Shown here: piece by piece, positions 23,485 through 37,528 of the stretch | Numbering within the stretch: position 1 is the stretch's first letter | Layout of the letters: each line of letters begins with the position of its first letter | Source of the DNA: Oikopleura dioica | Lineage: Eukaryota; Animalia; Chordata | Length of the DNA: 64,000 bases | Direction: 5' to 3' | NCBI GenBank assembly: GCA_907165135.1 | Contig: OU015567.1 | Span: forward strand, 2,604,001-2,668,000 | Program-made: the position numbers and the translations under genes | Notes under the pieces: model-generated | Seen by the model: only the letters and a program-made list of their open reading frames with translations | Databases searched by the model: none | Told to the model about the DNA's origin: nothing

Positions 23485-26376
23485 ATGAAGCTTCTTACAG
23501 CGGCCTTGGCACAAGCGGCCCAAGGCACGCTGCTTGTTTCCGATTTTAACACGGGAACACAGCTCTCCTCTGCCTTTGCTGATGTTACTCTTTCAACGCC
23601 TTTGGAGTTGTTTGGTACAAGAGAATTCACAAATGTTTACGTCAACGAAGCCGGATCAGTGAGTTTCGACAAGGAATTTTTGAATATCAACGCAGGAAAG
23701 GTTCATAAAGGCCCCTTTTACCCAACAGAAGGCAATAAGACATGTAAATTTATGAACCTTGATGACGAGGAAGTCAGACTTTGCAGCCGAGTGACCCTCA
23801 TAAAATCGTCATCGGCCCGTATCTTGGCGATTTTGCATCTGTGACGACGTATTACGATCAGACCCTATCTACTGCATCAAAGGAATGAGTTTTCAAAATG
23901 AAATATTGCCTTTACACCTTGAGAAGCTTTCATTTTCGTTCTTGAATCAAGTCTAGTCGATAGAGCGTTTCAGATAGTCATGAGAATGTGACGTGGTAGG
24001 GTCAAATTTACAACTTTCTGCGGAAAAATAAACGCAACCCATAAAATCAGAAGCGTCGAGATCGTAATTGCCGTTATGATTTCATCTTTAAAAAACTCAT
24101 TTAAAGTCAGCTGTCGATGCTTTTGTACAGACTCACTCTTCCTACCCCACTTATGCCTCTTCCTACAACTTGGTCGTCACTTGGGATAGCGCTACTGGCG
24201 GAACTGGAACTCCTGGAAGCTCTCAATTGGTGTTGACATCCAACGGAGGATTGCATTTTGCTTTACTGAGTTATGACTCAACAACTCCTGATTTTTCAAC
24301 GGCGCAAGGAAATAACGGAGCAGATGCTTATGCAGGAATTTTGACCCATAAAGGCCGCGACGGTAAGTTTCATAATAATAAAATTTTAGTAAAGACCATA
24401 ACTCGCTCTTTCTTTTGATCTTTTAGAATTTTTTTGAGCGAACAAGAAACCGGTTAATTTACAAATAGTCTTAGTCATAGAGGAAATCAATGTCTCCCGT
24501 GTTGTTGACAATTGTTTCTATTTAGAAAGCTATAGCTTTAAATATTTAAATGAATCTTATTTAAATCATAATATTAGACGAATGAACTTAAATTCTAGCA
24601 CTCTGTCTCTCAACAATCAGTGATGCAACTGATGGCGGAAACGAGCAATATCTCTTCAGGTAACTCTTTCTTCATCTTCTGTTTTCAAATCATAATTCAG
24701 CTTGGTTGACTTTCTTTCCTGCACCCATTCGGCCAGTTTCTCCGAGTGCGGCGAGTACAAGAACGACTACAACGAGCAGTATCAAACCGAGCTCGTCTAC
24801 AAAACCGTCGCTTCCTCCTCTTCCTTAGGCTTCTTTTGGGAAGCGATTGCCTCCTGCTATGATGGATTTGCCATCGACGCTTCTGGTAATGATATTGTGA
24901 TTGAAAATAAAAAAACAAAAATTTCAGGCAACAAGAAGTTCCCAGCACAGTGCATTTACGAAGCTGATCAATATTACACTTCGTGGTCGACGCCAATTAA
25001 TCCAAGAACATCCGAAACCTATCGATGCAAACAGGAATGGTCTCAAAAACGATTCATGCCATAAGTCAGCAAGAAACTGTGTCTTTTTGATATCAAAGTA
25101 AAGGTTACAAACACATTCGTTCAAATCAATGCTGTGAGCATTTCTCTCGACGCTCTTGGCAAGTGAGTACTCTTTCTCTATTAAAGAAATCAAAACTATT
25201 TTGAAGCACCCCATTCTCCCTTCTGGCCGGAATCGACGTCACTAAATTAACGACTCTTGGGCAGCTTCTTTGGCTCGTTCTTCTGAAATTCGCCGTCGCC
25301 ATGCAGATCAACGACAATCTCTCCTTACCCGTGAGTTTCTCTCACTTTGAACACATATTATCTATTCTTAGAACTCAATGCATATCGATGGAGTCCGCCG
25401 AATCGTCAGAAGAGAAGCTGACGATATCTCGAGAATGCGCCGAGCTGTTACAACACCTACTGGTCCTGATTTCATGTACAGTCTTTTTTTTAACACACCT
25501 CAAGATCTCATTCAGTGACCTTTTGGATGAACTCGGAGTTTGGATGGATACATCTTCCTTCAACAACTTCGCCGACATCACCACCGCCCTGAATGACATC
25601 GCCGTCGCGACCGATGCGCTAAACTCCGACATCGATTCGATCGATTTCACCGTCGGCGTTGATGCATGTGAGTTACGAGAACTTTCTGTTAAAGGCTTTA
25701 ACTTAAAGCCTTGAATATTAAAAATATTCTTAAAAAATCACTCTGATATTTGAGATATTCAAAAAAACAATATCTTTAAAAAATATCTTAAATGTTTCAG
25801 TCCTCCCGATAAGGCCATATCATCAAAGTAAGACTCCGATTGTTATGCTTTTTCTTTTGTGAATCTGCATTTATTTGTAGCGTGCTTCTTTATTTTTTTA
25901 CAATTTTTCAATCAATAATTTTATATTTAGCTTACTTGTTTAATTCTAGCTGGAGTCACTGCGGCTGAAATCAAACAAATGGTTGTTGATGCAATTACTG
26001 TCACTGCTGATGTGACTGTGAATACAGGCAATGTGGACAATCTCATCAGTGATATTGACACTCAAATCTCGGGAGAATTGAACGAAGTCCTCGCCAGTTC
26101 AAGCTGTTTGGGCGGAAATAAAAATATTCCAAGTCAACCAAATCCACTCTGGGTCAAGGTAAATCCTTCATTTCCATTTTTTCTTTCAAAAAAATCTAGC
26201 CGGACCAATGCTGTGGCTCAAAACCGATCGCTTCCGCTCAGCACGGATGTTGCCAACTTTCAAATGGCAATCTTCGATACTTTCTCCTCGACTCCCAATC
26301 TTGCTGTAACGGTCAAATAGTTGCAGCCGGTGATCCTTCCTGTACTACGACAGTTGAAGAGGTCGACATTATGTAA
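23485..26376 (+). CDS. Secreted multi-domain protein with a NIDO-like N-terminus, a furin-like site and a C-terminal galaxin-like Cys repeat
   Basis: Signal-like MKLLTAALAQAAQG. NVYVNEAGSVSF and TW...QLVLTSNGGLHFALLSY resemble NIDO. RRIVRR/RMRR basic sites; the terminal exon CCGSKP...GCC...SCCNGQIV ends at 26374..26376. Confidence 0.65.
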
Positions 26377-27417
26377 CAAATTATTTAGTTCAATGATTTG
26401 AATCAAATCATTTGATTAATCTTTTGGGAAAATATTTATAAAGCAAAAAATGAAACAGGTTTAATTTTTTGAGGGATAATGATTTTCTAAAAGATCAATC
26501 AGCAACATTTTTCCTTCCTGAAATATTTATATTCACTTTTACAAAGCTCATTATTAATAAAACATTATATATTTGATCCAAACTTTGACTGCAATTTATT
26601 ATGAATGCTTAAAAATTGATGAGGCTTTCAAAATTTTTCATTGATTGTACTTTCGATCGACTCCGGTGCTGATTTAAAAAGTCCTCCCCTTTTGATCACC
26701 GAGTTCCAGTCGATTTTGTTGTGTTTTGAGTTCTTCACATTAAGCGGATCCGATTGAAAGTCATAATTGTAGATTTGATCTTTGAGAAAACTTAATAATT
26801 GTTGATCGGGAACATACCAATATATTCGTTTATATGTCGGACAACAGCTGGCGTCATCGAGTTCACAAGAGAGCCAGGAGGATGAAGGTATCCATAGTGG
26901 CATCTTGTGACGGTAAATACATGGCACTGAGGGCTTTTAAATAAATTCGCTTTATTATCAACTATAATTCAGATTTGATGAGTCACAATTTAACTTTGAA
27001 AGCCCTTCCAAAACTAAAAAGCAAGTTTTCATGTGTCTCGTTTCTCTTTTCTATCAAATCAGTTTGTCTTTTTTCTGCCTCTGAAAGACAGTCCAGCCGA
27101 AGCGATCAAAGACTTCGTGCAGCTAAGCGCTTCTCAGTCCGCTCCGCATCAAGTTATTCGTGCTTATGATCTACTGATTACATTCGACTACAACAAAACT
27201 CATCAACTCATGCCAGATTCTTTTTATTTCTCATAGATAAAGATAGCTTTGACTGGCTTTTTGAGATCATTGTCTTTGTTTTCTCCTGCTTTGCAAAGGC
27301 ACTCCTCTTTATTTTTTGTTAATTTTGCCATCTTTGAGGTCCCACATCCCTTAATTTAACTTTCAAATTTTTAACATCAAGCTTATTTTGGTGATAATCA
27401 TTTTTATTGGTGAGAAA

Positions 27418-29111
27418 TCACAAGTCGGAGTCTTCAGAACTCGCCTCTGAAGAGCTACTTTCTTCTTTCCGTTTCTTTGATTTCTTCTTGCTCTTCGTTT
27501 TGTCTTCAAGAAGTTTCAGGACGAGATTCTCTAACCGGTCAATTTTATCTTCAAGTGCTTTTTCTCTGTCACTTTTTTCTTCTTTTGCTTGTGAAGCGAG
27601 TTCCGGTGTTTTCGGTTTCGTTGGAGATTCTTGCGCAGGTATCGGTTTATTTGCGTTTTTCTGTGCAGTTGGTTTTGTGATCGGAGTCAGAGGAGGAAAA
27701 TCGTCGCGGAGAAGAGTGAAATCATCGGGATATGCCTCAATTATGTCTGAAAGACTTATAAATTGATAAAATGCTTTCAGGAAAAACCTGAATAGAGATC
27801 GCTGTCTCCCATCTCTGTCATCGCCGCTTCGATTATTGGAACTTTTGGGGATTCTTCTATTTTCTTTGCCTCCTTTGCTTTTGGCTCAGAAGACTCAGAC
27901 GATTTGTTCATCAGTGCCATCCACTCTTTCTTGGTCAACTTCGGCTCATCCTCCTCTTCATCTTTTTCTCCAGCAGCTGGTAGGGCTGGGACGATCTCGG
28001 TCATACCGATTTCGAGTGTCGGGTCATTTTCAGGAGTCGGGTCGAAATTTTCCAATTCAAGGTTTTTCATCAGTCGGACCATCTTATTGAGCATCCGAGC
28101 GTACGCTCGATTCGTCGTTGTTTTCTTATTCCCCCCTAAAAGAACATTTGGGAAGATCAGTTGAAGAAACTTACCAATAGCGCCCTCAGTGATGAAAACC
28201 GGGATTTTCTTTCGAAATCCTTTGTGTTTGACGACGGTTTGAAAGACCAGAGTGCCGTGCAAATAAAACATTGGATTATGACTTCCACCGGATCGTTGAA
28301 AATCGTCAATATCGAATCCAACAAGTTTGCCGAGGAAATCATTCGTATTTTGCCTAAAATTAATTTGCGAAAATCGGAATATTTGTCGGTAATCATGAAT
28401 ACCTACGGTACTGAAAAATTTTGAAAGAGTCTCTAAATACGGCGCAAGAGAGTCGCCGTCGCGTTAGCGCGTTTCTTCGCTTCCAGAAGGTTCCAATCGA
28501 CAGAATTTTCGCTAGATACACCCGGCCGCCTTCGCGTAACAACTCTGGTGCGCCATATCTAGCGACTTTTCCGCACTTTTTCTTACTGTAGGTACTCACG
28601 CTTAGGCGGTCACTCCCTCGATTTCTCTCGTTTTGGCCTTACCGAAGAAGGTTGAAGCAGGATTTCGCGTCAGTATCAGGTAGAAAAATTGGCCTCATTC
28701 GATTCGAAGGGACAGTTTTCATCAAGTAATGCGTGCTTTCGCTAATATCCGGAGAATCGTGGGTGTAATTCGCTTGGAGAAACAGGTTATAAACAATCTC
28801 AAAAGTGATGTCGCGACTTTTTCCATTGCTTCCTGCTTGGTGTCGGAAAATGCATCCTCGATGACGTTCAACTTTACGATCTTGCATCGAACTCGGAAGA
28901 AACCCTCGCAAAGCTCTTCTGCGAAATATTTCGCCTCTGCTCCTTGTTGATTCAAAAGATCTCTCAGTTCTTCGAGCGGCTTATCAAAATGAGTTATTTC
29001 TTGCTTTTCTTCTTGTCTTCTCACAACCGGTTGGATTTTAGGATGAGCATTGAACATTGACGCTCCATTTCTGGGGCGGAGAAAATTTACTAAAGCAAGT
29101 CTCTGGTCCAT
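27418..29111 (-). CDS. Protein with dsRNA-binding-domain-like segments and an acidic/Lys-rich C-terminus
   Basis: PLEELRDLLNQQG...FRVRCKI...SDTKQEAMEKVATSLL fits the dsRBD pattern. Further exons (27777..28271) and a final exon with a stop at 27418..27420. Some junctions need non-canonical or very short introns. Confidence 0.45.
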
Positions 29112-30352
29112 TTGAGGAGAGATAACTACTGAGGCAGACAGGAGAAGCGGAGGAAATCTAATGTTTGAATATGACGCCTTAGATTAATGGATTTGCAAAC
29201 GCAAACGAATCTTAATAACTGGGCAGTTTGAGCAACAAAACTTACGCAGAATAAAAGATGATGGGAATATAAGCCCACTTCTTGGTGTTTTACTTTTAAA
29301 TTCGTGTTAGGGGAGATTCATTTTAGAACTCTTCTTTCTTATACAGATCATAATAGATTCAACTGTTGTGACGGCTATTTATTAAAGTCAGGAAAGCTCA
29401 GAGCCACGTGTATGGGTATAAACGAAACGTGAAAAATGGTATAAACGATGTTCGACAAATCTGAAATTTATTATGATTACAAAACTCAAAGGAAGAATTA
29501 TCGAATTAGAATATTGTGGATGGTCAGAGTCCACGATGCAATTTTCAATTTCATGTTTGACGGAAATGCCGTAGTCATTCTCCAAAAGATCAGAAATGGC
29601 GATCAAGATTACACCATTCCGTACGGTCAATAGAAAATTGACTGATGATCAATAATTTGTTTTTCTCCATCTTTTTTGATAAAAGATGGCATTTTAATGC
29701 CGCTTTTACCAAGTGGGTACTAAGGGGTACAAGCTGGCATCGCTACAATATTATTATTAATAATTTATTAAGCCCTTTCAAAATTGACATCTTCTTCACG
29801 GTTGGTCCTTCGTTCAAGTTTTTAGATGTTTGCGTAATAAAATTGAGTAAATTATGGTTCGCGGATGTTTAAACCAATAACGCCAGCATATGCCATTGAC
29901 CCAACAGCAGTGGGTCACAAGCTACACTTGTTTCGAAGCCTCCTTGAATAATTTTAACTGAAAACAGTCTATTTTTACGCATTGCCGTGCCGTTCCTGCC
30001 TAAAAATCTCGCCTTTTACAATAAAAATTTTTCAGAAAAATTTTCATTCTAAGGTCTTATTTCGGGTCTATTCAGAACGTTTTATTTCGGCAAAGCAACG
30101 AAACGATAATGAAGTCAATCATATGTGGCGAGAAAATTCAGCAGCTCATGGTGCTAATTGTAATATTTGGTTTTGTTTTGTTTTTGAAGACGGAAAACCG
30201 CGAGGAAACCGCGCCACCAAACGCGCGCGCCGCGCCACCACCGAAAGAAGCTAAAAGCATAAACGAAACCACGAGTAAGCTTTATTTTTCTCCACTCAGA
30301 AGACAATAATCAGAAAACGTGTTGCCTAATTGAGAAACAAGAAAGAACCAAA

Positions 30353-33300
30353 ATGAGAGAGAGAAAAGTAATCGACGTGAAAATACCTCCGCGAAATAAG
30401 AAAAAGGACAGTAGAATGCTTGTAGATTCCTCTTCATCTTTCGTAAGTTTTATCAGAGACAAATTGAAATAATGGTTTCTTCATCTTTAACACTATCGAA
30501 AATACATCAAATACTAATCTTTTACTCTTAAATTAAGGCAGAGCATACATACCGTACTTACTCGCATAATGCTACAACCTACTCACGCGACCCAATTTTC
30601 GAGGAAAACTCCTTCCTTCAGCGCTCGATATCCCAACCTTCTGGTGCTCCTCCTCCTGCAGCAGCCTACTACATCAACGCGAATTCTGTCACAATCGCTG
30701 CTCCAGTGCCACGAAACGATTCCTACCCAGGGAACTTACCCGACTCTGGGAACCTACTAAACGCGACTAAGCTGTTTCGCCCTTCCGGTAACGTACCTTT
30801 CGATTTAATCCCCTTTCAAAGCCTAACTAAAAACTCCAACCTTCGACCTTCCAACCTCTCTGATGCAACCAACAACAAACTGACAGCGCAATTTTTAGGG
30901 CAGTTCAACTCTCAGCTCCACTTTTCCACTGACGAGCCCGTTTACCAAAACATATCAAAACGTGCGGACAGTTATGGTTACGCAATGATTCATTGCTATT
31001 TAACATAACGAATCTGCGCATATAACATAGATTTTTCTAAAAACATTATTTTCTAACTACAAGAAGAATGTTGCTTACCAAAAATAAAGAACTCCATCTT
31101 CATATGAAATCTTCTACGACGGCCCTCTGAAACAATTCGACTCTTCCGGGAGACGACAAAGTTCAAAACCCAAAAGCTCAAAAACTCAAGCTTCAAGTAA
31201 GTCAACGAGAAGATCCACCAGCGAGCAGAAGATTCCCCCAAAAACGCTTCAAAAACCGAAACGGGTCTCGTCCATCAGTTCATCAACTGTATCTTCTGCT
31301 TCGAACTCGACCGCGAGCAACAGCTCAACTGTGAGCGCGAAGGATTTGTTTGACATGAACGATGTGTTGCGGAATACACTCGATGCGCTCTCTCGATCGA
31401 CATCTAGCGGCGAGGATCGATGGGAACGAATAAGAAGTCAGGAGGAATCAAACGAAATAAAAAGAAAAGAGCAGAAAATTTCCGCCGCTGCTGGGCCAAT
31501 CAAAAAGGATGAAAAGAAAAAGTCAAAGAAGGTGAAAGAATCAGAAAACAGAGTTATCGAAATTTCTGGTTCCGATAAATCCGCGTCTGAAAAATCACGC
31601 TCAAAGAAAAGTCAAAAGTCGAAGTCGAAAGATTCAAGCTCCAAATCAGCCAAAACTACTCAAGCCACTGGTGAAAAGGCCATCAAACCAAAGCAAGAGC
31701 TAAAGCCAACCAGAACAATCACAGTTGCGCAACCACCGGCAAAGCCGCAACCGCTTAGCCGGAAACCCGTAAATAACAGCTTAGACAGTCTTTCGACTAT
31801 ACCCAGCTCCTATCAAGTCCCTCCGTCATCGCATGAACCAGAACCAGTCCAAGCTCTAAAAGTTGTAGCCAAGCCTAAATTGAATGCTACACAATTAGCT
31901 CAAAGAAAAGATGCAGGTAAATAATTCAATAGCAATGAACATTTCATTCTTGATCCTTTTCAGATGAGCGAGCGTTTATGGCGAAACTGCAAGCGCGAAA
32001 AAACGCCACCGAACCTGGAAACACTGACGCCGTCAATTTCAAGCCCCGAACAGAAATCGAGCACGCCGCTGTCCTCGAAGTAGCAGGAAAGCTCAAGCCG
32101 AAACCACGCGCTACCAGCGTCCCGCGAAAAATCGAAGTAGCTCCGGTCAAACCGAAGCAAGCAAAACCTGAAGTCATCAAATCAACGCCAGTTGCGCCAG
32201 TAAAAAGCGAAAACGTCGTCTATCAAAATCCTGAAAATCCATTTGGGACGAAGGAAGTCTATGTGCCGCCAAAGTGCTCTGTTACAGCAATGGCAAAGAT
32301 ATTCGGTGCAAACGTCGGACTTGAGGATCAATCGGCGCCGGAGAGGTCCAAATCTGAGGCGACACCGATTTCCGACCAAGGAATGGCTTTTAAGCTCATA
32401 ACCAAAATTATGAAGAATAGCGCTTATATAAATAAGATAAAACAAAATTCTAGTAGAAAAGCTTTGAAAGCAAAATCTGCTCCTGCAAAAGTCTCCCCTC
32501 CTGATTTGACAAAAAATCTCATTGGAATCAAAAACAGCGGAAATACATGCTACATCTCTGTCGCTCTCCAATGCCTTTATCAAATAGAACCTCTTCGAGA
32601 ATTTCTTCTTTCGGGCGAGTACAAAAAACATCTGAACGAAACTTCTCCCGCTGATGGAGAAATTGCGGAACTGACGGCAGAAATCTTCGGAAAGATGAAA
32701 AATTTGGAAAAGAACATCTCGGTGGAAGATTTGAAAGAAGCAGTTGCTGAGTTTTCGGGAATGTTTGAGGACGATGAGCAGGAAGACGCGGAAGAGTTTC
32801 TGTTGACCCTCATTGGTAAGATATCTTTCATCAATTATCTTTAGTTTAATGAATTTTAGACGGACTTCACCTCGATTTGGAGAAATCAACCGGCTTTACC
32901 GAGTCAGAAAATTCTCCAAAAACATCAGAAGAAGCGTGGAATCAATACATTTCTGAAGAAAACTCGTTCCTTACATCTCTTTTTGTCGGTCAGGCGGAAT
33001 CAACGCTCACTTGTCTTTCTTGTCAAGAGTCAACGAAGGTGAGAAATCAATCCTTAAGCAGAAACATTAAGCCGTTTAGAATTGGGAGTCATTTTGGAAT
33101 ATCTCGCTCCCGATTTCTGGAAGCAGCTCGATTGAAGAATGCATCGAGGAGTTTCAAAAGAGCGAGACGCTTTCTGACGAAGACCAGCCTTTCTGCGACG
33201 CTTGCCAGAAAAAATGCGATATGACCAAGACCCTCAGGTTTGCAATCATTTTTCCTTCACACCGTGAAGTTCACGGTAATAATGATATTTTTAAGAATTT

Positions 33301-33584
33301 CGAGAATACCGAAAGTTCTTCTTTTGCACCTCAAGCGATTTTCGTCCAAATCGAAAGACAGCTCCTTGATAAAATTCCCTGTTTCGTCCCCTCTCCTCCT
33401 TGACTCCTCAAAATTCCAACTCTCCTCCGTCATCAATCACGAGGGCAAATCTACCTCCAGTGGCCACTACGTCGCCTCAGTCAAAGACAATGGAAGTTGG
33501 TTCTCAATTTCGGACGAGAAGGTTTCAGCTCTAGAATCGGTCCTGTCGGAAAAGGCTTATGTTCTGTTTTATACCACTTGTTGA
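30353..33584 (+). CDS. Ubiquitin-specific protease (peptidase C19) with a long Ser/Lys/Pro-rich N-terminus
   Basis: Cys box GIKNSGNTCYISVALQCL, QEDAEEFL, SLFVGQ...LTCLSC, HLKRF, His box VINHEG...SGHYVA, and W...SDE and AYVLFY motifs. The start and N-terminal exons are less certain. Confidence 0.88.
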
Positions 33585-33753
33585 AAAACTGATAGAGATA
33601 TTTTGTAAATTAAGAGCTTTTAATACATAAATTTTTCATAAAAGAGAGAAACAAGCATCACTCGCATGGAGCAGTTAAATCAGAGTTGACACAGACTGTT
33701 GAAGCCCTGAAATATCATTTCGGCACGATTAGCTGAGAAACGAACCTTAAAAC

Positions 33754-34778
33754 TTACGTTTGCGTCTTTGAAGTCGTCATCTGGACACTCCATCTTCCAC
33801 TTTCGCCTTCCGGAAGACAATACTGGACATGATAAGCCTCCGGTTCTTCCAAACAAAACGGCATTTCTGAGCCATCCACATTTTCGTTTGCTTTCCAGCC
33901 ACTTTTAAAATTGCTCCAAAACGGAATCCAGCTTTGATTGGGCTCGTGCAAATTGACGATCACAAAGCTTTCCCCGAGAAAATCCGAGTCGAAGAGATGA
34001 TGCTCAAGAATAAAACTCTTGTTCAATTGAAGATGTTCGCAGAAATCGGGCTTTCCATGGAACATTACAAGTCTTCCATCGTTGTCAAAGAGGGTATTCT
34101 CGCAGAAGAAGTTTGCAGACATTTGATCTTCCTCGCCTTTCGAGAAAAGAAACGAACTTACTGGTTTAGATAAGCACAAGTCGCCAGTCACAAAGCCAAG
34201 AACATTCAGTTCTTCTTCAACGAATCGTTTTATTTCGTCGAATTTGTCTAGCGCTGCATTTTCATAAATAGCTAAAAAGCAATCAAATCAAAGAATATGG
34301 ACTCCCTGAAAACCTGGACCAACGTATTCTCCATTCTTCGTGACATTCCCAGTCGTCCAGAAGCATTTAACTGAGAACGCTTCTGCTGGCAATTTTCTCG
34401 ATTTTAACCCAACTTCGAAAGGAGCGTCTAATTTCAGATGTTAATAAAGTTTTATTCAATGATGAAATCACCTGCAATAGTCCCGTTAATTTCGGTGCAC
34501 AGCCTGTCCGCTATGGAGAAGAATTCCGGTTTGTAGGAGATGACGGTCTTAATTTTCTGCATGGTAAAGAGTTCTTTGCTTCAAATTTTTACCTGACACA
34601 CTTTTTGACTCTCAATGAATCTAATAATTGCTTTCTCTTTCGAAAAGTCTTCAAGATCGTCGCTGATAATTTTCAATTGCTCATCATGGGTCTCTATCGG
34701 TTTTAGCATGCCTATGAAATAGAGGCAAAGCGAGGAAGATAGTAAAATAGCGAGAGCGGAAAATTGTAAAATCTTCAT
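33754..34778 (-). CDS. Type II membrane protein, possibly a Golgi glycosyltransferase-like protein
   Basis: MKILQFSALAILLSSSLCLYFIG anchor, followed by linked exons running into ORF 33754..34191. No diagnostic motif recognised. Confidence 0.5.
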
Positions 34779-34987
34779 TTTTTTTTTCTATCCGTGAGGA
34801 AAGTACCTCCGAAAATCTTATTTTCGAAAAGAATGTCTTTTCGAGCGGAAAAAAGGCTTTCAATTCAAGCTGAATAAGAATAATTGATGAATAGTTCTCT
34901 TTCTCAGTCAATTTTGAATAATTTCGATAAGACTGATGAAACTGTTTCTTTGAGAATGAAGTTCATTATGAACCTTTATTGCACATT

Positions 34988-36095
34988 TTAATGTCTACAG
35001 TTGTCGGAAATAAATTTCATTGACAGATTCCACAGTTCATCTTGAGCTTCGTTGATGTTCTTCGAACCTTTGATTTTGACTTGAGCTTGGGCGCATTCTT
35101 TGTAGTAATGCCAGGATTCCGCGTCTGGAGAGCAGATACAGTACATCGAAGTTTGAGCACCTGAGAAGATGTAATTCTTTAGCAGATTAAACTTAATAAC
35201 AAACCTTGATCAGAAGATTTTATCAACAGAGGGAAAAGCCATTTACAAAACCTAGAGCTCATCAACCAACCAAACCAGGTATCCGTCGCTCCATCAGTCT
35301 CAATGATCTTGTCCGCAAAACTCGAATTCACCACGCCAGGATGAACGGACATGAATTTGATGGAAGGATGTCTCTTTGCCATTTCGCGCATGTGCAAAAT
35401 ATTTGCCAATTTAGACTCGCAATACGCTTGCATTCCGATTTTGTGAATACTCGTTCCCAAGGTCGCCGTTAGTTCTTCAGGAGAAGAATAAGTTTTCCAG
35501 AATTTTCCGTCCCCAGTTGCACCCATGTGTGCCATGCTCGAAAGAGCTACGACCCGAGCTGGATCATCCTCTGTTCCCTTAAAAGTAATTATAGATATTA
35601 ACTACTATTTAAATTTCAAACCTTTAAATTTCCAAGCAACTCATTGAGCAAATAAAAATGGCTGTAGTGATTGACCACTTGAACCGAGTTGATATTGTAC
35701 AGGCATTCCGTCTTGTCGTAATAGTATAGTCCCGCGTTGAGAACAAGAACGTCGATCATTATTTTCCGATCTTTTATGTCTTTGATCGCTCTGGAAACAG
35801 TTTTGGTGTCTGCAAGATCGAGCTGAAACTCGAGAATTTTAGCCCCAGGAGATTTTTGGCGGATTTCTTCGGCTGCAGCTGACATTTTTTCCTGATTTCG
35901 GCAAAGGAGAAGCAAAGAAGCGCCCCTAAAAAGACTTAAAAACGAAAACAAAACAATGTTTCTATACCTTTGAGCACACATGATGGCTGTAGAAAGGCCG
36001 ATTCCGCACGATGCTCCTGTAATTGCTACGAGTTTTCCATCAAGTCGATGTTTTTGCTCTCGATCGAACCATGCTGAGCCTAACCAGAAAACCAT
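34988..36095 (-). CDS. Short-chain dehydrogenase/reductase, retinol dehydrogenase (RDH11-14)-like
   Basis: TGASCGIG, LDLAD, DVLVLNAG, NHYSHFYL, RVVALSS, YCESKLANIL (YxxxK) and VHPGVV motifs; last exon stop at 34988..34990. The 5' end may extend further. Confidence 0.9.
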
Positions 36096-37528
36096 CTTCA
36101 ACCTCTCTAATATAAAAATGTTTGAAGTTCAATTCGCGTTCTCGCTTCGGAAGAGCTAATAAAGAAAACACAAAGAAGAGGAGCTCTGCAAATAACGACA
36201 GTCTGCTAACTTCTCATTCACTACTTTAAAACCAGGGCTCGAAAAAGAGCATCGAAAAGGTCGTTAAAATAAGTTTATTGGTAGATTGAACTCTTCTTCC
36301 TCACTGGGTCTTCCACAAATTCGAAAATGATGCATCTTAGATCCTGCAGGAATGAACACAAGCCAAAAACCGAAAATTCTTAGCTATAAAAACTTTCAGT
36401 GAGCAGATTTGTTGTTTTTTTTTGTAATGAATGGCAGCTTCAAATATTGTTATTGTGGAACAGTTCTTTTTTCCAAATAAAGTGGGAGAAAGTTGGTCTT
36501 ACTTTTTGGTACATGTAATAATTGAGAATTCAAGGGGACAATACTGTAACTTTAAACTTGTTTTGAGAAAGAAGCGTTCGAAAAAATCTCGCTGAAGTTT
36601 TGAAGCTTCTTCTTCGAATATCCTATAAAGATGTGAAAGTGTGTGCATTTTAGGATTTAACTTGTTCACTTTTTTATGAATAAATTCGTTACTGTCATTT
36701 CAGGTTACGTGGATTTGTAATTTAATTGTAATAATAATAATCAGTACAATAAAAATAGAATTTATAAATCATGGCAGGTGATCTAGCATGTTACGGGAAT
36801 TTGGAAGGATGGGGGTGGAAAATATTAAGAAGGGAGGAGAATGAACGGATGAGGTGACTGTAAGTATGGTACTGTAGGTATAGTATATCGATAGTGGTTT
36901 TGTTTTGTTACGTAACTCTCTTTTGAACCTTGAGCGAAGCAAAAAAGGGGCAATCTCTCTTTAGGGGAAGGGGAGTTGTGTCTTTTGAAGAAGTTCTATT
37001 TTAATTGCTCTAGAATGATTTATATTTTTAAGCTCGCCAATGATATTCTTCTTTGATCGCCGGAAATAATCACTCGCCCCGAGCCATGATCAACATGCCC
37101 CGGAGGCAAATGTGAATTGGTGAACGCATCAAACGAAGAAAAAAGCGGGTACATGTGATATAGAATAGAAAAGAATACGCGCTTGAGGAAAGTTCTAGTG
37201 CCCAAAACCGCGGATTACCAAAACTGGGGTTGTCGGATATCAGAAATGAGAAGTAAATTTTAATTTTGAACAGGTCTTCTCATTTCTTTTCTTTCATTTT
37301 AATAATTACAGTTCTTTCCAGTTGAAAAAGAGCAGTTTTAGGCAATACAAATATCCCCGACACGTGACTAGCAGACAACTGACTTGATAATTCATTCTTT
37401 ACTTACACACAATAAAAGATATATTTTTTACGCGAGGGAAACTTGAAAAATTGGGAAAAATAGTGACTAGCTCTAGAATAAACATCTAGGTTTTCGGGGA
37501 AGGAAAAATATCGTTCTTTCTTTTTGTT

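Noticed and set aside
26628-27330. Short ORFs on both strands between the NIDO-like gene and the dsRBD-like gene
   Set aside because: Some look coding, but no coherent gene model could be assembled and the strand is ambiguous.
29388-30310. Several 60-90 aa ORFs on both strands
   Set aside because: No motif, no reliable splice chain, and mostly non-ATG starts.
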